Source: an uncultured delta proteobacterium
GTDB taxonomy: Bacteria > Desulfobacterota > Desulfomonilia > Desulfomonilales > Desulfomonilaceae
Assembly: GCA_963789265.1 (NCBI GenBank)
Contig: CAWBKB010000004.1
Coordinates: forward strand, 1-64,000
Reading direction: 5' to 3'
Length of the DNA stretch: 64,000 bases
Part shown: piece after piece, positions 1 through 10,180 of the stretch
Layout: every line of letters begins with the position of its first letter
How positions within the stretch are numbered: the first letter of the stretch is position 1
Notes under the pieces: generated by a model
Database searches by the model: none
What the model saw: the letters and a program-made list of their open reading frames with translations, nothing else
What the model was told of the DNA's origin: nothing
Made by a program: the position numbers and the translations under genes

Positions 1-19
1 AAAAGGCCCTCTGTCAAGG

Positions 20-416
20 GAAAAGACTCTCCTGTAGCAAGGAAAGAATCGTTTCCTTGCTGAGGAGTAGGGCCGTGTTTCGCACAGCGTCCGTCAGCGC
101 CTGCTCTTCGCCTTTGCCGGTACCTTCTCTCAGGTGGTGTCGGTAGTTATCCTCACCGCACCAGTCACCCATCAGGATCAAGGCATGGACCTTAGAGGTC
201 CTGCCCCTTCCGCTTATTGCGGACCAGAAAATCTTCGGTTCCATGCTGTGTCCAAGAGGAATAGGACAAATCTCATGGTTTTGAACCAACCCTTTAGTGG
301 CTCACAGCATGGGCGGCAAAGAGTCCGGCTCCCCGGATCTGTGGGGTAGGCGGCTGCCCAATCAAATCTGGTGGTTTTTCCAACCCCTACTCAGGGTCGC
401 CGCCTACGCCAGTCGT
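20..416 (-). ncRNA. Putative IS1111 bridge/seek RNA region
   Basis: About 400-nt non-coding end downstream of the transposase. Two tandem stem-loops (346-407, 241-312) share the internal motif GGGTTGG..AAAACCA..AGATTTG. Confidence 0.65.
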
Positions 417-1436
417 CTAACCAATAAGCCTCTTGTTGTCAAAGGGAACTTGGTCCCTCATGATATAATACGCCGCTCGTGCCAGTTTGTGGCCCAGCGC
501 GGCGTGAGCGCACATACGGTTGGTCCTGGATACCTTCCGATCGAACCAGGCTCTGATTGCCGGATCAAAGCGCCGGGCGAGTTCCGAAGCTTCGGAAAAG
601 GCCCATGCCAAGTACTTGTTGCCATTCTTCTTGTTACCTGTTCCCTTGCTCTTCCCGTTGCTGGTCCAGCGAGTCGGAACCTTTCTGCAATAGGACGCAT
701 AGTTCCCCGCAGCCTGAAAACGACTTATGGGGCCTGTTTCAAGCATGATGGTGAGCGACAGGATAACCCCCACGCCGGAGATGGTCGTCAGGCAAGCATA
801 TTCCTTCTTCAATTCGATTTTCCCTTGAACCTTCTTTTCAACCTTCTTGATTTGTCGCGTGAGGAAATCTATGCTCTGCTTGCTCACCTGGCCGGTCAGA
901 GCCAGGTTCTCGTCCTGCTCCAAGAGCGGTGAAACAAGATCATTAGTCAGTTGTTTTATCTTGGCGGCCCCAATCTTCACGCCCATACTACGAGCGAGGA
1001 TATTTTGCAGGCTGTTAATAAGTGAGGTTCTCAGCTTGACCAGATGCATCCGTTTGCGTAGCAGGTCTCTCACCGGGCGCTCTTCCCGTGGATATATATA
1101 TCCCTCAGGTAGAATGCCTAAGCGTAACATTTCCGCCAACCAAAATGCATCGCTATTGTCATCGTAATGTTTCATTCCACTGTATTTTTGTATAGCGGTA
1201 GGATTGGCCAAATGCACTCGGTATCCCGCTTCCATCATCGCATCCACAACCCAGTACCAGTTGAAGGTGGATTCCACTGCTATGCCTTGCATACCTTCCT
1301 TGTAAGGTTCAAGGGCATTCAAGAGAACAGCCGAATCATTAACAAGCCTCCTGTTGAACACCCTCTTTCCTTCTCGCTCTACCACCGCCAGATAACTGTT
1401 GCTTGCATGAAGATCAAGCGCCGCATATACTTCCAT
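417..1436 (-). CDS. IS110 family transposase/recombinase (DEDD + Tnp20)
   Basis: ALDLH..., VEST, DDNSDA, ISGVG, catalytic-Ser region WTSNGK and GNKYL. RBS AGGAGG before ATG at 1436. Confidence 0.95.
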   Translation of the reverse strand: MEVYAALDLHASNSYLAVVEREGKRVFNRRLVNDSAVLLNALEPYKEGMQGIAVESTFNWYWVVDAMMEAGYRVHLANPTAIQKYSGMKHYDDNSDAFWLAEMLRLGILPEGYIYPREERPVRDLLRKRMHLVKLRTSLINSLQNILARSMGVKIGAAKIKQLTNDLVSPLLEQDENLALTGQVSKQSIDFLTRQIKKVEKKVQGKIELKKEYACLTTISGVGVILSLTIMLETGPISRFQAAGNYASYCRKVPTRWTSNGKSKGTGNKKNGNKYLAWAFSEASELARRFDPAIRAWFDRKVSRTNRMCAHAALGHKLARAAYYIMRDQVPFDNKRLIG

Positions 1437-1508
1437 CGGGCACCTCCTACGGTTAATGGCAAGTCGGGGATACCACATTCCCGACTCAGAGGTGCCTTTT
1501 TATGATTA

Positions 1509-1587
1509 TCAAGTCTGCTCTTGGCTCATATTAAGCCACATTTCGACGCATTGCATGCAGTGATGAGTCAAGAGCAGACTTGACCCC
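1509..1587. repeat. REP-like palindrome (TCAAGTCTGCTCTTGGCTCA ... TGAGTCAAGAGCAGACTTGACCCC); IS110 target
   Basis: 20-bp inverted arms at 1509-1528 and 1564-1583. The left arm is cut where GGGG would be expected. Internal part repeated at 19177-19234. Confidence 0.85.
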
Positions 1588-1590
1588 TTT

Positions 1591-1760
1591 CCTGGAAAAA
1601 AATGAGAGGAAAAATCCAGCGATCCTGGCTAGCCTCCGCTCGTGGTTCTGTCCAGCTCTGGATTGGGACCTGCCTCGGACTGCGATCCGGGGTCTGGAGC
1701 AAGAGTCGGAGTCCAGATTCCGTGACGGTTAGGGGATATGAGTCAAGAGGAGACTTGACC
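1591..1760 (+). repeat. 170-bp non-coding module B ending in TGAGTCAAGAGGAGACTTGACC
   Basis: Near-identical copy at 19308-19479; partial copy at 19098-19164. Confidence 0.9.
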
Positions 1761-1880
1761 ACTTTTCTTTTTTTTATTGATCGTGGACGCTGCGGATCGC
1801 TCTGGGCACCCGGGTCGCGAGACTGTCCAGTGCATCAAAGGCGCTCGGAACGATTTTTCTTCCTTACCAGTATTTTTTTC

Positions 1881-1940
1881 TTGACAACTCAATTTCATAA
1901 ATTTTATAGTTACATGAGTCTAGACTGGGAGGTCGGTCTA
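1881..1940 (+). promoter_or_regulatory. Sigma70 promoter and TetR operator
   Basis: TTGACA-18-TATAGT (1881-1910), followed by the palindrome TAGACTGGGAGGTCGGTCTA (1921-1940). Confidence 0.75.
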
Positions 1941-1971
1941 GAGGATGGTGGCTGCTCTGCGAGAGAGATCT

Positions 1972-2586
1972 ATGAGCAAAGACAAGAACGTGAAAGAAAG
2001 AATACTTGAGAAAAGTATTAAGGCTTTCCTATCCAAGGGCTTTCGAGGAACGACCACGACAGAGATAACCACTGCCGCGGGAGTGGCAAAAGGTACTCTT
2101 TACTGGCATTTCAAGTCCAAGGATGAAATTCTCGACGCAATCTTGGAGAAATTTCTCAAAGAGTTTATTGGGGGCATTGACAACGTGATCGCTAATTGTT
2201 CTGGGAACTTTATCCATAAGTTTAAGACATTTTTTAAGTTTGGAAGTGAATTCAGCCGTGACAATTTTGAATTGATGTTGGTTTATCAGACATTGCTGGG
2301 AGAAATCGTAGGGTCCAATTCGGAAGCGGAAATGAAAATGAGGGCCATTCAGGATCGCTACGATCATTTGGTCCAAACGCTTCTCGATGAAGGAAAAAAG
2401 GAAGGTGTTATCAAGGAGGATGTAGACACTTATATCCAAGCCCGGATTATGACCGCAGCTCTGATTGGAAGTTATCTCCAGTGGTATCTGAACGCAAGTT
2501 CTTATGATTCTGAATATAATAGACGTTATGCCATTGCCTTCAGAAAGACATTGCTGAAAGGGGTAGGAGTAGAAATCGATAGATAG
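1972..2586 (+). CDS. TetR/AcrR family transcriptional regulator
   Basis: N-terminal HTH: GFRGTTTTEITTAAGVAKGTLYWHFKSKDEI. Confidence 0.95.
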   Translation: MSKDKNVKERILEKSIKAFLSKGFRGTTTTEITTAAGVAKGTLYWHFKSKDEILDAILEKFLKEFIGGIDNVIANCSGNFIHKFKTFFKFGSEFSRDNFELMLVYQTLLGEIVGSNSEAEMKMRAIQDRYDHLVQTLLDEGKKEGVIKEDVDTYIQARIMTAALIGSYLQWYLNASSYDSEYNRRYAIAFRKTLLKGVGVEIDR

Positions 2587-2670
2587 TGGTTGAAGCAGAT
2601 CCCTCAAAATTACTGAAAGGAAAATAGGATGATAAAAAACCTGTTGTCGAGCACTTTTTTGCTGCGCTAA

Positions 2671-2690
2671 TAGACCGGGCGGCCGGTCTA
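2671..2690. promoter_or_regulatory. Second copy of the TetR operator, upstream of the catabolic operon
   Basis: TAGACCGGGCGGCCGGTCTA, a 20-bp match (17/20) to 1921-1940. Confidence 0.75.
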
Positions 2691-2850
2691 GACGTACCTC
2701 TGTGATCCGCAGCAGGAGCTTCTGGTAGACAGGGATAGACATTAACCTGCAAACCGGGTGAAAGGAGGATGAAAATAATTCCACATATGATGAAAGGGAA
2801 ATGAAACGCCTTGGAAAACATAACTATCCCCATACCAGGAGGAATGCATC

Positions 2851-4119
2851 GTGGATTACTTAGATAGCAATTTAGGTTTGTCCGACGAAGATCTGGCGGT
2901 AAGAGAGGCTGCCCATAAGTTTGCCAAAGAAATTATGCGGCCCACAGCTAAAAAGTTGGATCAAATGACACCGGAAAAAGTAATAGCTGATGATTCTCCT
3001 CTTTGGAATTTTCTCAAGAAGGCCTACGAACTCGGATACCACAAGGTCATCTTTCCCGAAGAAGTAGGGGGCATGGGACTAACCCCGCTACAACAGGCTA
3101 TTGTCATGGAGGAGATGGGTTGGGGCAGCAATGGGTTGTGCGTCCAATTAGGGGCAGCAGGTGCTCATGCTCTGGGTGGCTTGATGAGCATGAATCCGAC
3201 TCTGTTGGAGGAATTCACCATACCTTTCTGCAACTGCACGGATGGGAGCATCCGAGGGTGCTGGGCGGTCACTGAACCTGATCATGGCTCTGATACCCTG
3301 GGTTTTGGCGACCCTCTTTTCGAGTCCCCTCAAATACGCCCAAACTGCAGAGCCAAGCGTGACGGTAACGAATGGGTTATCAATGGGCAGAAATCCGCTT
3401 GGGTTTCCGGCGCACCGGTAGCCACGCATTGCCTGCTCCAAATGCAGATTGATCCCACCAGAGGTTTCGCGGGAATTGGAGCGGCCATTGTACCGTTGGA
3501 TCTCCCTGGATGTTCCAAAGGCAAACACCACGAGATGCTGGGAATGAGAGAACTCAATCAGTGTGAGCTTTACTTTGATGATGTCAGGATCCCAGCACAT
3601 TATATGTTCCTGGATAATGCCGACTATTATGTTCCTTTTGGAAAACAGATTCTTGCCGGCTTCAATATGACCGTTGCATGTTACGCCACAGGTTTGGCCA
3701 GGGCCGCCTTTGAGGAAGCCTTTTCATACTGTCAGCAGAGGGTCCAGGGAGGACAGCTCCTTAAGGAGCACCGTTCTATCAGACAGAAAATATTTGAAAT
3801 GTTCAGCCGGGTTGAAGCCTGCCGGACCTTGTCCCGGCAAGCCGTTCTATTGAATTCGAGCATCTTTCCTGCCTTTCCCGAATATTCGATCGCAGCCAAG
3901 ACCATGGCCACCGAAATGGCGTTTCAGAATGCCCATGATGCGATCACAATCCTCGGGGCGAATGGGCTGACAAAGGAATATCTTCCAGAGAAACTCTTTC
4001 GCGATGCCCGAGAAAACCTTATTTGCGATGGTACCACGGAGACGCTCCAAAAGGTTGGGGGGTATTTTCTGTTTGAGACCTATCCAAGACCTCGTGGGAG
4101 CATGCAGCGCATGCGTTAG
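2851..4119 (+). CDS. Acyl-CoA dehydrogenase
   Basis: AVTEPDHGSD, INGQKSAWVS, LGANG, KLFRDA..ICDGT motifs. Confidence 0.95.
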   Translation: MDYLDSNLGLSDEDLAVREAAHKFAKEIMRPTAKKLDQMTPEKVIADDSPLWNFLKKAYELGYHKVIFPEEVGGMGLTPLQQAIVMEEMGWGSNGLCVQLGAAGAHALGGLMSMNPTLLEEFTIPFCNCTDGSIRGCWAVTEPDHGSDTLGFGDPLFESPQIRPNCRAKRDGNEWVINGQKSAWVSGAPVATHCLLQMQIDPTRGFAGIGAAIVPLDLPGCSKGKHHEMLGMRELNQCELYFDDVRIPAHYMFLDNADYYVPFGKQILAGFNMTVACYATGLARAAFEEAFSYCQQRVQGGQLLKEHRSIRQKIFEMFSRVEACRTLSRQAVLLNSSIFPAFPEYSIAAKTMATEMAFQNAHDAITILGANGLTKEYLPEKLFRDARENLICDGTTETLQKVGGYFLFETYPRPRGSMQRMR

Positions 4120-4240
4120 AAGTATCTGAGAAGAGGATGTTTTTAATATGCCAAGAAGTTTCTAACTGCCAAAAAGGCATGATTGGGCGGGTCGTTTCAT
4201 GGTTTCGATCGTCATGACCAGCTAAAAAAGGAGAAAATAG

Positions 4241-4567
4241 ATGGCCTACACAAATGTAAAAGAGACTTTTGAAAAAATGACGACCGTATTTGACGCTTCC
4301 AAGGCGCGGGGAGTCAATTCCATTGTCCAATACATCATCGATGGGGCCGGAGGAGGAAACTGGATTATCAAATTAAGGGACGGAAATTGCCGAATAGAGG
4401 AAGCCACACACGATTCTCCCAATGTCACGATTACAATGGACGCCGAGACTTGGTTGGCCCTGGTCAACCAGGAAATAAGCGGCATGGCGGCCTTTATGAG
4501 CGGCAAACTGAAAGCGACCGGGGACGTTATGTTAGCTCAAAAAATCCCTTTGATTTTCCCGCTTTAG
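4241..4567 (+). CDS. SCP2 sterol-binding domain protein
   Basis: AFMSGKLKATGD motif, 108 aa. Confidence 0.92.
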   Translation: MAYTNVKETFEKMTTVFDASKARGVNSIVQYIIDGAGGGNWIIKLRDGNCRIEEATHDSPNVTITMDAETWLALVNQEISGMAAFMSGKLKATGDVMLAQKIPLIFPL

Positions 4568-4671
4568 ATTATTGGGTTCCGGTATCCGAAAATAGCCATT
4601 TATCCCAGGCGCGGCAGTGCTGCGGAGCAAGCTCTTTATCAGGGGTAAACAATAACAGAAGAGGAAGTGAT

Positions 4672-6660
4672 GTGAAGATGAAAATCACGGAATCTATAAA
4701 GATCAAAGGGATGACGCTGAAGAACAGGATCGCCTTCGCACCTTTCCTGGGGATGCCCATAGCGGAGGACGGTTCTGTGAACGCTGAAACAATCAGATGG
4801 TTCGAGGAGCGGGCGCAAGGCGGAGTAGGGTTTATTATGACTGGGACCATCGAGTCGATAGCTCCTGACACCACTAAGAGAGCCGCCATCCAAGCGGAAG
4901 CAGGGGCCTGCATTTATGATGACAAGTACATTCCTGGCTGGGCCAAGTTGATCGACGTGATCCACTCGTATGGCGTGAAGATAGGGGGTCAACTGGCAGC
5001 CCCTGGCCCTATGATGGCCGAAGGCCCTTCGCCTTCGCCGTACCCCGATCAACAATCGGCACGGTTTGGCATATTCGACCTTATAGCGGGAACCATACTG
5101 CCCGTGGACGAAGTTTCCATAGAGCGCCTGGAGACGGTCAAAGGAGCTCTGGCAGCGGGTGCCGGTAGATTGAAGAGAGCCGGTTTTGATTGCGTGGAGC
5201 TGCACTGCGGCCACGGCGGCGCAAACCTTCACGCGGCCTTTCTTTCGCCGTACTATAACCGGAGGACCGACAACTACGGCGGTAACTGGGAGAACCGTGC
5301 ACGTCTTATCGTTGAGACGGTTGGGGAGATAAGAAAAGCCGTCGGCAACGATTATCCGATTCTGGTCAGGTTTTCGGCTGATGAGTTGCTGGGGGAGAGG
5401 GGCATCACGTTGGACGCATCTGCGAAGTATATCGTCCCTATCCTTGAGACGGCCGGTGTGGACGCTATTGACGTGACCCAGGGTTCCGTAATGCATTCCT
5501 TGGAGGGTATTTCCATCCCTCCTTACTACCCTAGGGGCTGCTTCATCTCTAATGCAGAGGCGATAAAGAAGGTCACAAGGCTGCCTGTCATCGGTGTAGG
5601 CCGCATTGTTGACCTTGATATGGCGGAGCAATTTTTGGAACAGGGGAAGGCAGACGTAATCTATCTCGGTAGTCAGCTAGGTGCTGACCCCGAGACACCT
5701 AGAAAGTATTTCGAGGGGAGGTCGGATGAGACCAGGAAGTGCATTGGCTGTAAACCCATATTATGCAGTACCCCTTGTTCCATCAATTATGACTCAGAGG
5801 TTGGTCGCATCCCATTGACTCCTGCGGAAACACCAAAGAAGGTCCTTATCATTGGCGGCGGAGTAGGTGGGATGGAGGCGGCAAGAATTGCCGCACTGAG
5901 GGGCCATAAGGTGACCCTGATGGAGAAGGAACCGGCACTGGGAGGCACAGTGGCCGCACTATCGCATTCGAAACTAATGGGTGAGTTCAAGAACATCGTC
6001 AACTATTTGGGCGTCCAGATGAAGAAGCTGAACGTCGATGTGAGGGTATGCAAAGAAGCTACCGCAGCCGACATAGATGATATCAAACCGGATGTCGTGA
6101 TTATAGCCTGTGGTGCTTCCATGGTGCTTCCAGAAGTTGCCAACGGCAAGCCAGGGGTGATGGATCACATGCATGCCTGCCGTGAGCCGAAATCCGTGGG
6201 GCAGAGAGTCGTCATATGGGGACTCGCCGCTGCGGAGCTTGCCATCTCCCTTGCCGAAGAAGGCAAAGATGTGACCATAGCCGGTAGCGGAGATAAGACG
6301 ACATTGGGTGGGGTGTGGGTAGAAGGTACACGCCAATTATATATATGGAGAAAACTGACGGATATTCCCCTCGCTAGGGAAACGCCTGAAGCAGAACAGG
6401 TACAAAATCCTCGAGTCATTTTCGGAGTAAAGCTTGAGGAGGTCACCCCAGAAGGCGTGAGAACCAGGGATAAGGATGGAGCGGAAAAGGTCCTCCCCTA
6501 CGATACGCTCATCATATCACATTTGAGGGTGCCAAACAAATCTCTCTTTGAGGCGCTCCAGGGGAAAGCGGAAGAAGTGTACAAGATTGGTGACTGCGAC
6601 AAAGTGCGCACAATCAAGAACGCAATCTGGACTGCTAACGAAGTGGCCCGGAAGATTTGA
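4672..6660 (+). CDS. NADH:flavin oxidoreductase (Old Yellow Enzyme / 2,4-dienoyl-CoA reductase-like) with Fe-S and FAD domains
   Basis: LKNRI..AP, NRRTDNYGG..ENRAR, CIGC...C...C, IIGGGVGGMEAA. Start GTG 4672 or ATG 4678. Confidence 0.92.
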   Translation: MKMKITESIKIKGMTLKNRIAFAPFLGMPIAEDGSVNAETIRWFEERAQGGVGFIMTGTIESIAPDTTKRAAIQAEAGACIYDDKYIPGWAKLIDVIHSYGVKIGGQLAAPGPMMAEGPSPSPYPDQQSARFGIFDLIAGTILPVDEVSIERLETVKGALAAGAGRLKRAGFDCVELHCGHGGANLHAAFLSPYYNRRTDNYGGNWENRARLIVETVGEIRKAVGNDYPILVRFSADELLGERGITLDASAKYIVPILETAGVDAIDVTQGSVMHSLEGISIPPYYPRGCFISNAEAIKKVTRLPVIGVGRIVDLDMAEQFLEQGKADVIYLGSQLGADPETPRKYFEGRSDETRKCIGCKPILCSTPCSINYDSEVGRIPLTPAETPKKVLIIGGGVGGMEAARIAALRGHKVTLMEKEPALGGTVAALSHSKLMGEFKNIVNYLGVQMKKLNVDVRVCKEATAADIDDIKPDVVIIACGASMVLPEVANGKPGVMDHMHACREPKSVGQRVVIWGLAAAELAISLAEEGKDVTIAGSGDKTTLGGVWVEGTRQLYIWRKLTDIPLARETPEAEQVQNPRVIFGVKLEEVTPEGVRTRDKDGAEKVLPYDTLIISHLRVPNKSLFEALQGKAEEVYKIGDCDKVRTIKNAIWTANEVARKI

Positions 6661-6690
6661 CAGCACCCCAGACGTTAGAGGAGGCATAGC

Positions 6691-7446
6691 GTGGCAGAAA
6701 CAATGACGGGAAAAACCGCGCTTGTAACTGGCGCGGCATCAGGTATCGGTCGGGCGGTTGCCCTTGCATTTGCGCATGAAGGCTCAAACGTGGTCGTAGG
6801 GGATATCAATGAGAACGGGGGGCAGGAGACTGTTCGGCTCATCGAGCAGGCAGGCGTCAAAGCCGTCTTTATTCAGTGTGATGTGTCAAAGCCGGAAGCG
6901 GTCAAAGGCATGATTGAGAAAGCGGTCGAGGCGTTCGGACAACTTGACTTTGCCTGCAACGACGCGGGGATCCATAACCCACTCCCTGAATCTTTTACCG
7001 AAGTGGACGAGGACATGTGGGACCGGATCATCGAGGTGAACCTGAAGGGCGTGATGCTGTGTATGAAGCACGAGATTCCGCCCATGCTGAAACAGGGAGG
7101 CGGAGTGATCGTCAATATCGCCTCATTGGGCGGCCTTCTTGCGGAGCCAGGGTCTTATGCCTATACCGCATCGAAACACGGTGTTGTAGGCCTCACGAAG
7201 ACGGCGGCTTTTGAGTACGCAAAGATGGGGATTCGAATCAACGCGGTCTGCCCGGCCGTCATTCAGACGCCCATGGTCGAGATGGCTCCCGAAGAAGTCA
7301 AACGGTCGCTGTTGGCTTTGCACCCGATCGGTCGGTTCGGAAAACCGGAGGAGGTTGCAGCGGCGGTTATGTGGCTATGTTCAGATTCATCAGCGTTCGT
7401 AACCGGAACCAGTGTAGTTCTCGACGGCGGCGCCAGTGCGGTCTAG
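6691..7446 (+). CDS. SDR family oxidoreductase
   Basis: TGAASGIG and YTASK motifs. Confidence 0.95.
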   Translation: MAETMTGKTALVTGAASGIGRAVALAFAHEGSNVVVGDINENGGQETVRLIEQAGVKAVFIQCDVSKPEAVKGMIEKAVEAFGQLDFACNDAGIHNPLPESFTEVDEDMWDRIIEVNLKGVMLCMKHEIPPMLKQGGGVIVNIASLGGLLAEPGSYAYTASKHGVVGLTKTAAFEYAKMGIRINAVCPAVIQTPMVEMAPEEVKRSLLALHPIGRFGKPEEVAAAVMWLCSDSSAFVTGTSVVLDGGASAV

Positions 7447-7476
7447 AGATCCGGGCTTACGAAACAGGAGAGATAT

Positions 7477-8844
7477 ATGCATCAGCAACGGCCGTATTGG
7501 AACATGGAGATGGAGACACTTTACGGCACCCCCCAGATGCAGAAGATCCAGCTTGATAGAGTAAAGGATCAACTCATGAGACTGAAGGCCAAGGGCGGAT
7601 ACTACGCGCGGATGCTAAAACGGAACAAGTTGGACCCAGAGAAACTAAGCGGGTTCGATGAATTCAAAGATAAGGCGGAGATATTCAACAAGGCGACCTG
7701 GAAAGAGATCGTGGACGACTGCGAAGGCGACCTGCTGAAAGCTCTCGACGAGCGGATTGCCTGCACTCTCGACGAACTAATTATGATAGCGACGACAACA
7801 GGAACTTCAGGTGTCCCGAGCCCTTATGCATTCACCAACAGGGACCTGTGGGAGATCTGGGGAGAGTATACGGCCCGAGGGTGCTGGCGAGCGGGGATAC
7901 GAGCTCACGATCGGGTGCTGCACTGCTTCGCTCTTTCCATGGTGATTGCCGGACTCCCGTCAGCTATGGCCTATACCAAAATCGGAGCTACTGTGTTACC
8001 CGTCGGCGCGGAGGGAAAAACGGAGAGGATTCTCATGACGCAGGATATGTGGAAGGGAACTGTTTATCTCGGCACCCCATCTCTGCTTGAGTACCTCATC
8101 GAACAAACCCCGAAAGTGATCGGCAAGGGCGTCAAGGAACTTGGATTCAAGTTCCTCGTCTGTGGCGCCGAGCCTGGGGCGGGCATCCCGGAGGTGAAGA
8201 GCAAACTGGAAAGGTCCTATGGCGCGAAGATTTTCGATATCGGGGCAGGTTTGGGTTTCTCCTGCCATTATGATGAATATCAGGGAATGCATTGGCTTGG
8301 CGACGATCTAGCATACTACGAGCTTGTGGAGCCCGATACAAAAAAACCTATCCCCCTTACAAACGGCGCCAGAGGGGAGATGCTCATGACAACTCTCAGA
8401 GCTGAAGGACTTGTATCAATAAGAGAAAGTGCAGGGGACATCCACGAGGTGTTTACAGAGCCGTGTCCGTGCGGACTAAGCGGCTTCCGTTACAAAGTGG
8501 TTGGCCGGGTGGACGATATGCTCAAGGTCAAGGGAATCATGGTCTACCCGAGCCAGATAAAGGGATTGATCAATGACTTCGTACCCCGAGTGAACGGAGA
8601 GATGCGGATTGTACTCGACGAGAGACCCCCTCGGGTAGTGCCGCCCCTGAAGATACGGTTGGAGCATGCAGCCGGTGTGTCAAGAGCGCAACTTGACGCC
8701 CTGGCAGATGAGATCTCCGATACCATGAGCAAACGGCTCAAGATCAAACCTAGGATTATCTGGGCCGAGCCGGGCAGTCTCGAGCGGAGCACGTACAAGG
8801 GTAAGGTATTTGAAAAGACTTACGAAGACACGGGAGTCAAGTAA
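7477..8844 (+). CDS. Phenylacetate--CoA ligase family protein
   Basis: TTTGTSG, GAEPG, CPCG..., GRVDDMLKVKG. Confidence 0.9.
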   Translation: MHQQRPYWNMEMETLYGTPQMQKIQLDRVKDQLMRLKAKGGYYARMLKRNKLDPEKLSGFDEFKDKAEIFNKATWKEIVDDCEGDLLKALDERIACTLDELIMIATTTGTSGVPSPYAFTNRDLWEIWGEYTARGCWRAGIRAHDRVLHCFALSMVIAGLPSAMAYTKIGATVLPVGAEGKTERILMTQDMWKGTVYLGTPSLLEYLIEQTPKVIGKGVKELGFKFLVCGAEPGAGIPEVKSKLERSYGAKIFDIGAGLGFSCHYDEYQGMHWLGDDLAYYELVEPDTKKPIPLTNGARGEMLMTTLRAEGLVSIRESAGDIHEVFTEPCPCGLSGFRYKVVGRVDDMLKVKGIMVYPSQIKGLINDFVPRVNGEMRIVLDERPPRVVPPLKIRLEHAAGVSRAQLDALADEISDTMSKRLKIKPRIIWAEPGSLERSTYKGKVFEKTYEDTGVK

Positions 8845-8845
8845 C

Positions 8846-10102
8846 ATGCGTGATGTCTACATAGTGGGCGTTGGAATGACGCGGTTTTTCAAGTGGCTCG
8901 ACCGGGGAATTAAGGATTTGACCAGGGAGTCAGTGACCGAAGCCCTTAATGACGCAGGTCTTCTGAAGGACCAGATAGAGGCAGCGTGGTTTGCCAATTC
9001 GACGTGGGGTTTTTTCGAAGGCCAGGACCAGATGCGCGGCCAGGTGGCTTTTGCTTCCCTTGGAATGTACGAAATCCCAATAAGCAATTCGGAAGGAGCG
9101 TGCGGTGGCGGATCGCAGGCACTTCACGGAGCATGGCTGGCGGTGGCGTCAGGAGCTTACGAGTGCGCCATGGCGGTCGGAGCCGAAAAACTTTACAACG
9201 AGGACAAAACAAGGTCCTTCAGGGCGATAGCCTCGGGGACAGACGTGGAAAACAGCAAAGTGATGACCGATTCCTGGATAAAGAGGTTGCACGACTTGGG
9301 CATTGCGACGTCAGACGCGGATGTGGTCGACCAGGATAATATGACTCGCAGCCCCATGATGGACATTTATGCCTACATGATCCGGTGGCACATGAAAGAA
9401 TATGGCACCACACAACACCAGTTGGCGCTGATCACCTCCAAGAATCATTGGCACGGCTCGATGAACCCCAAGGCCCAGTATCAGAAAGAGATGACTGTGG
9501 AGGCAGTTCTGGCAGGAAAGCCCATTGTTTACCCTTTGACGGCGCCCATGTGTGCACCGCTGGGTGATGGAAGCGCTGCGGCCATACTATGCTCTTCCGA
9601 TTTTCTGAAGAGAATCAAGTCTCCCAGGCCGGTCAAGATACTCGCTTCCGTCTTTGGATCTAATAGCCCGAGGTGTTTTGACGAGCCGGAGAAAGGTATA
9701 GAAGTGAGGCTGTCTGCAAAAGCATACAATATGGCCGGGATAGGGCCTGAAGATGTCAACCTTCTCGAGATCCATGACGCGGCCTCATTCGGAGAATTGA
9801 AGATGACGGAACAGCTTGGCTTCTGCAACAGGGGAGAAGGAGGACCTTTTGCCGAGTCAGGAGCCACCACTCTTGGCGGGAAAATCCCTGTAAACGTTTC
9901 AGGAGGCCTTATCTCCCGTGGACACCCTCTTGCGGCTACAGGCATCGCTCAGATCTATGAACTTACGACCCAGCTTCGGGGAGAGGCAGGGAAGAGACAG
10001 GTGGAAGGAGCGAGAATCGGTATGTCCGAGAATGGCGGGGGCCAGATCTATTTTGAAGAGGCCTCCATGGGCATACACATCCTGGAAAAGGTACCCAAGT
10101 GA
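8846..10102 (+). CDS. Thiolase family protein (SCP-x type)
   Basis: EGACGGG, EIHDA, NVSGGL..RGHP. Confidence 0.93.
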   Translation: MRDVYIVGVGMTRFFKWLDRGIKDLTRESVTEALNDAGLLKDQIEAAWFANSTWGFFEGQDQMRGQVAFASLGMYEIPISNSEGACGGGSQALHGAWLAVASGAYECAMAVGAEKLYNEDKTRSFRAIASGTDVENSKVMTDSWIKRLHDLGIATSDADVVDQDNMTRSPMMDIYAYMIRWHMKEYGTTQHQLALITSKNHWHGSMNPKAQYQKEMTVEAVLAGKPIVYPLTAPMCAPLGDGSAAAILCSSDFLKRIKSPRPVKILASVFGSNSPRCFDEPEKGIEVRLSAKAYNMAGIGPEDVNLLEIHDAASFGELKMTEQLGFCNRGEGGPFAESGATTLGGKIPVNVSGGLISRGHPLAATGIAQIYELTTQLRGEAGKRQVEGARIGMSENGGGQIYFEEASMGIHILEKVPK

Positions 10103-10180
10103 ATTTGTTCTGTCCATGACCGCCCGAGGTTTGCTGCCTTTATCGCCCTCCGAGGCGATCGGAGACACAAATGAGGAGAC

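Larger units (their letters stand above)
1..1510 (-). mobile_element. IS110 family, IS1111-type insertion sequence (right end at or just beyond the window edge)
   Basis: DEDD transposase. Subterminal imperfect IR AAAAGGCCCTCT (1-12) / AGAGGTGCCTTTT (1488-1500). Outward TTGACA near the right end and GATAAT at the left end, consistent with a circle-junction promoter. Long 3' non-coding region. Confidence 0.9.

Noticed and set aside
14..349. Short ORFs in the IS110 right end
   Set aside because: Better explained as structured non-coding RNA.
297..5631. Long antisense or alternative-frame ORFs (297-932, 2029-2784, 4639-5631 and similar throughout the window)
   Set aside because: Shadow ORFs of well-supported genes, with no motifs.
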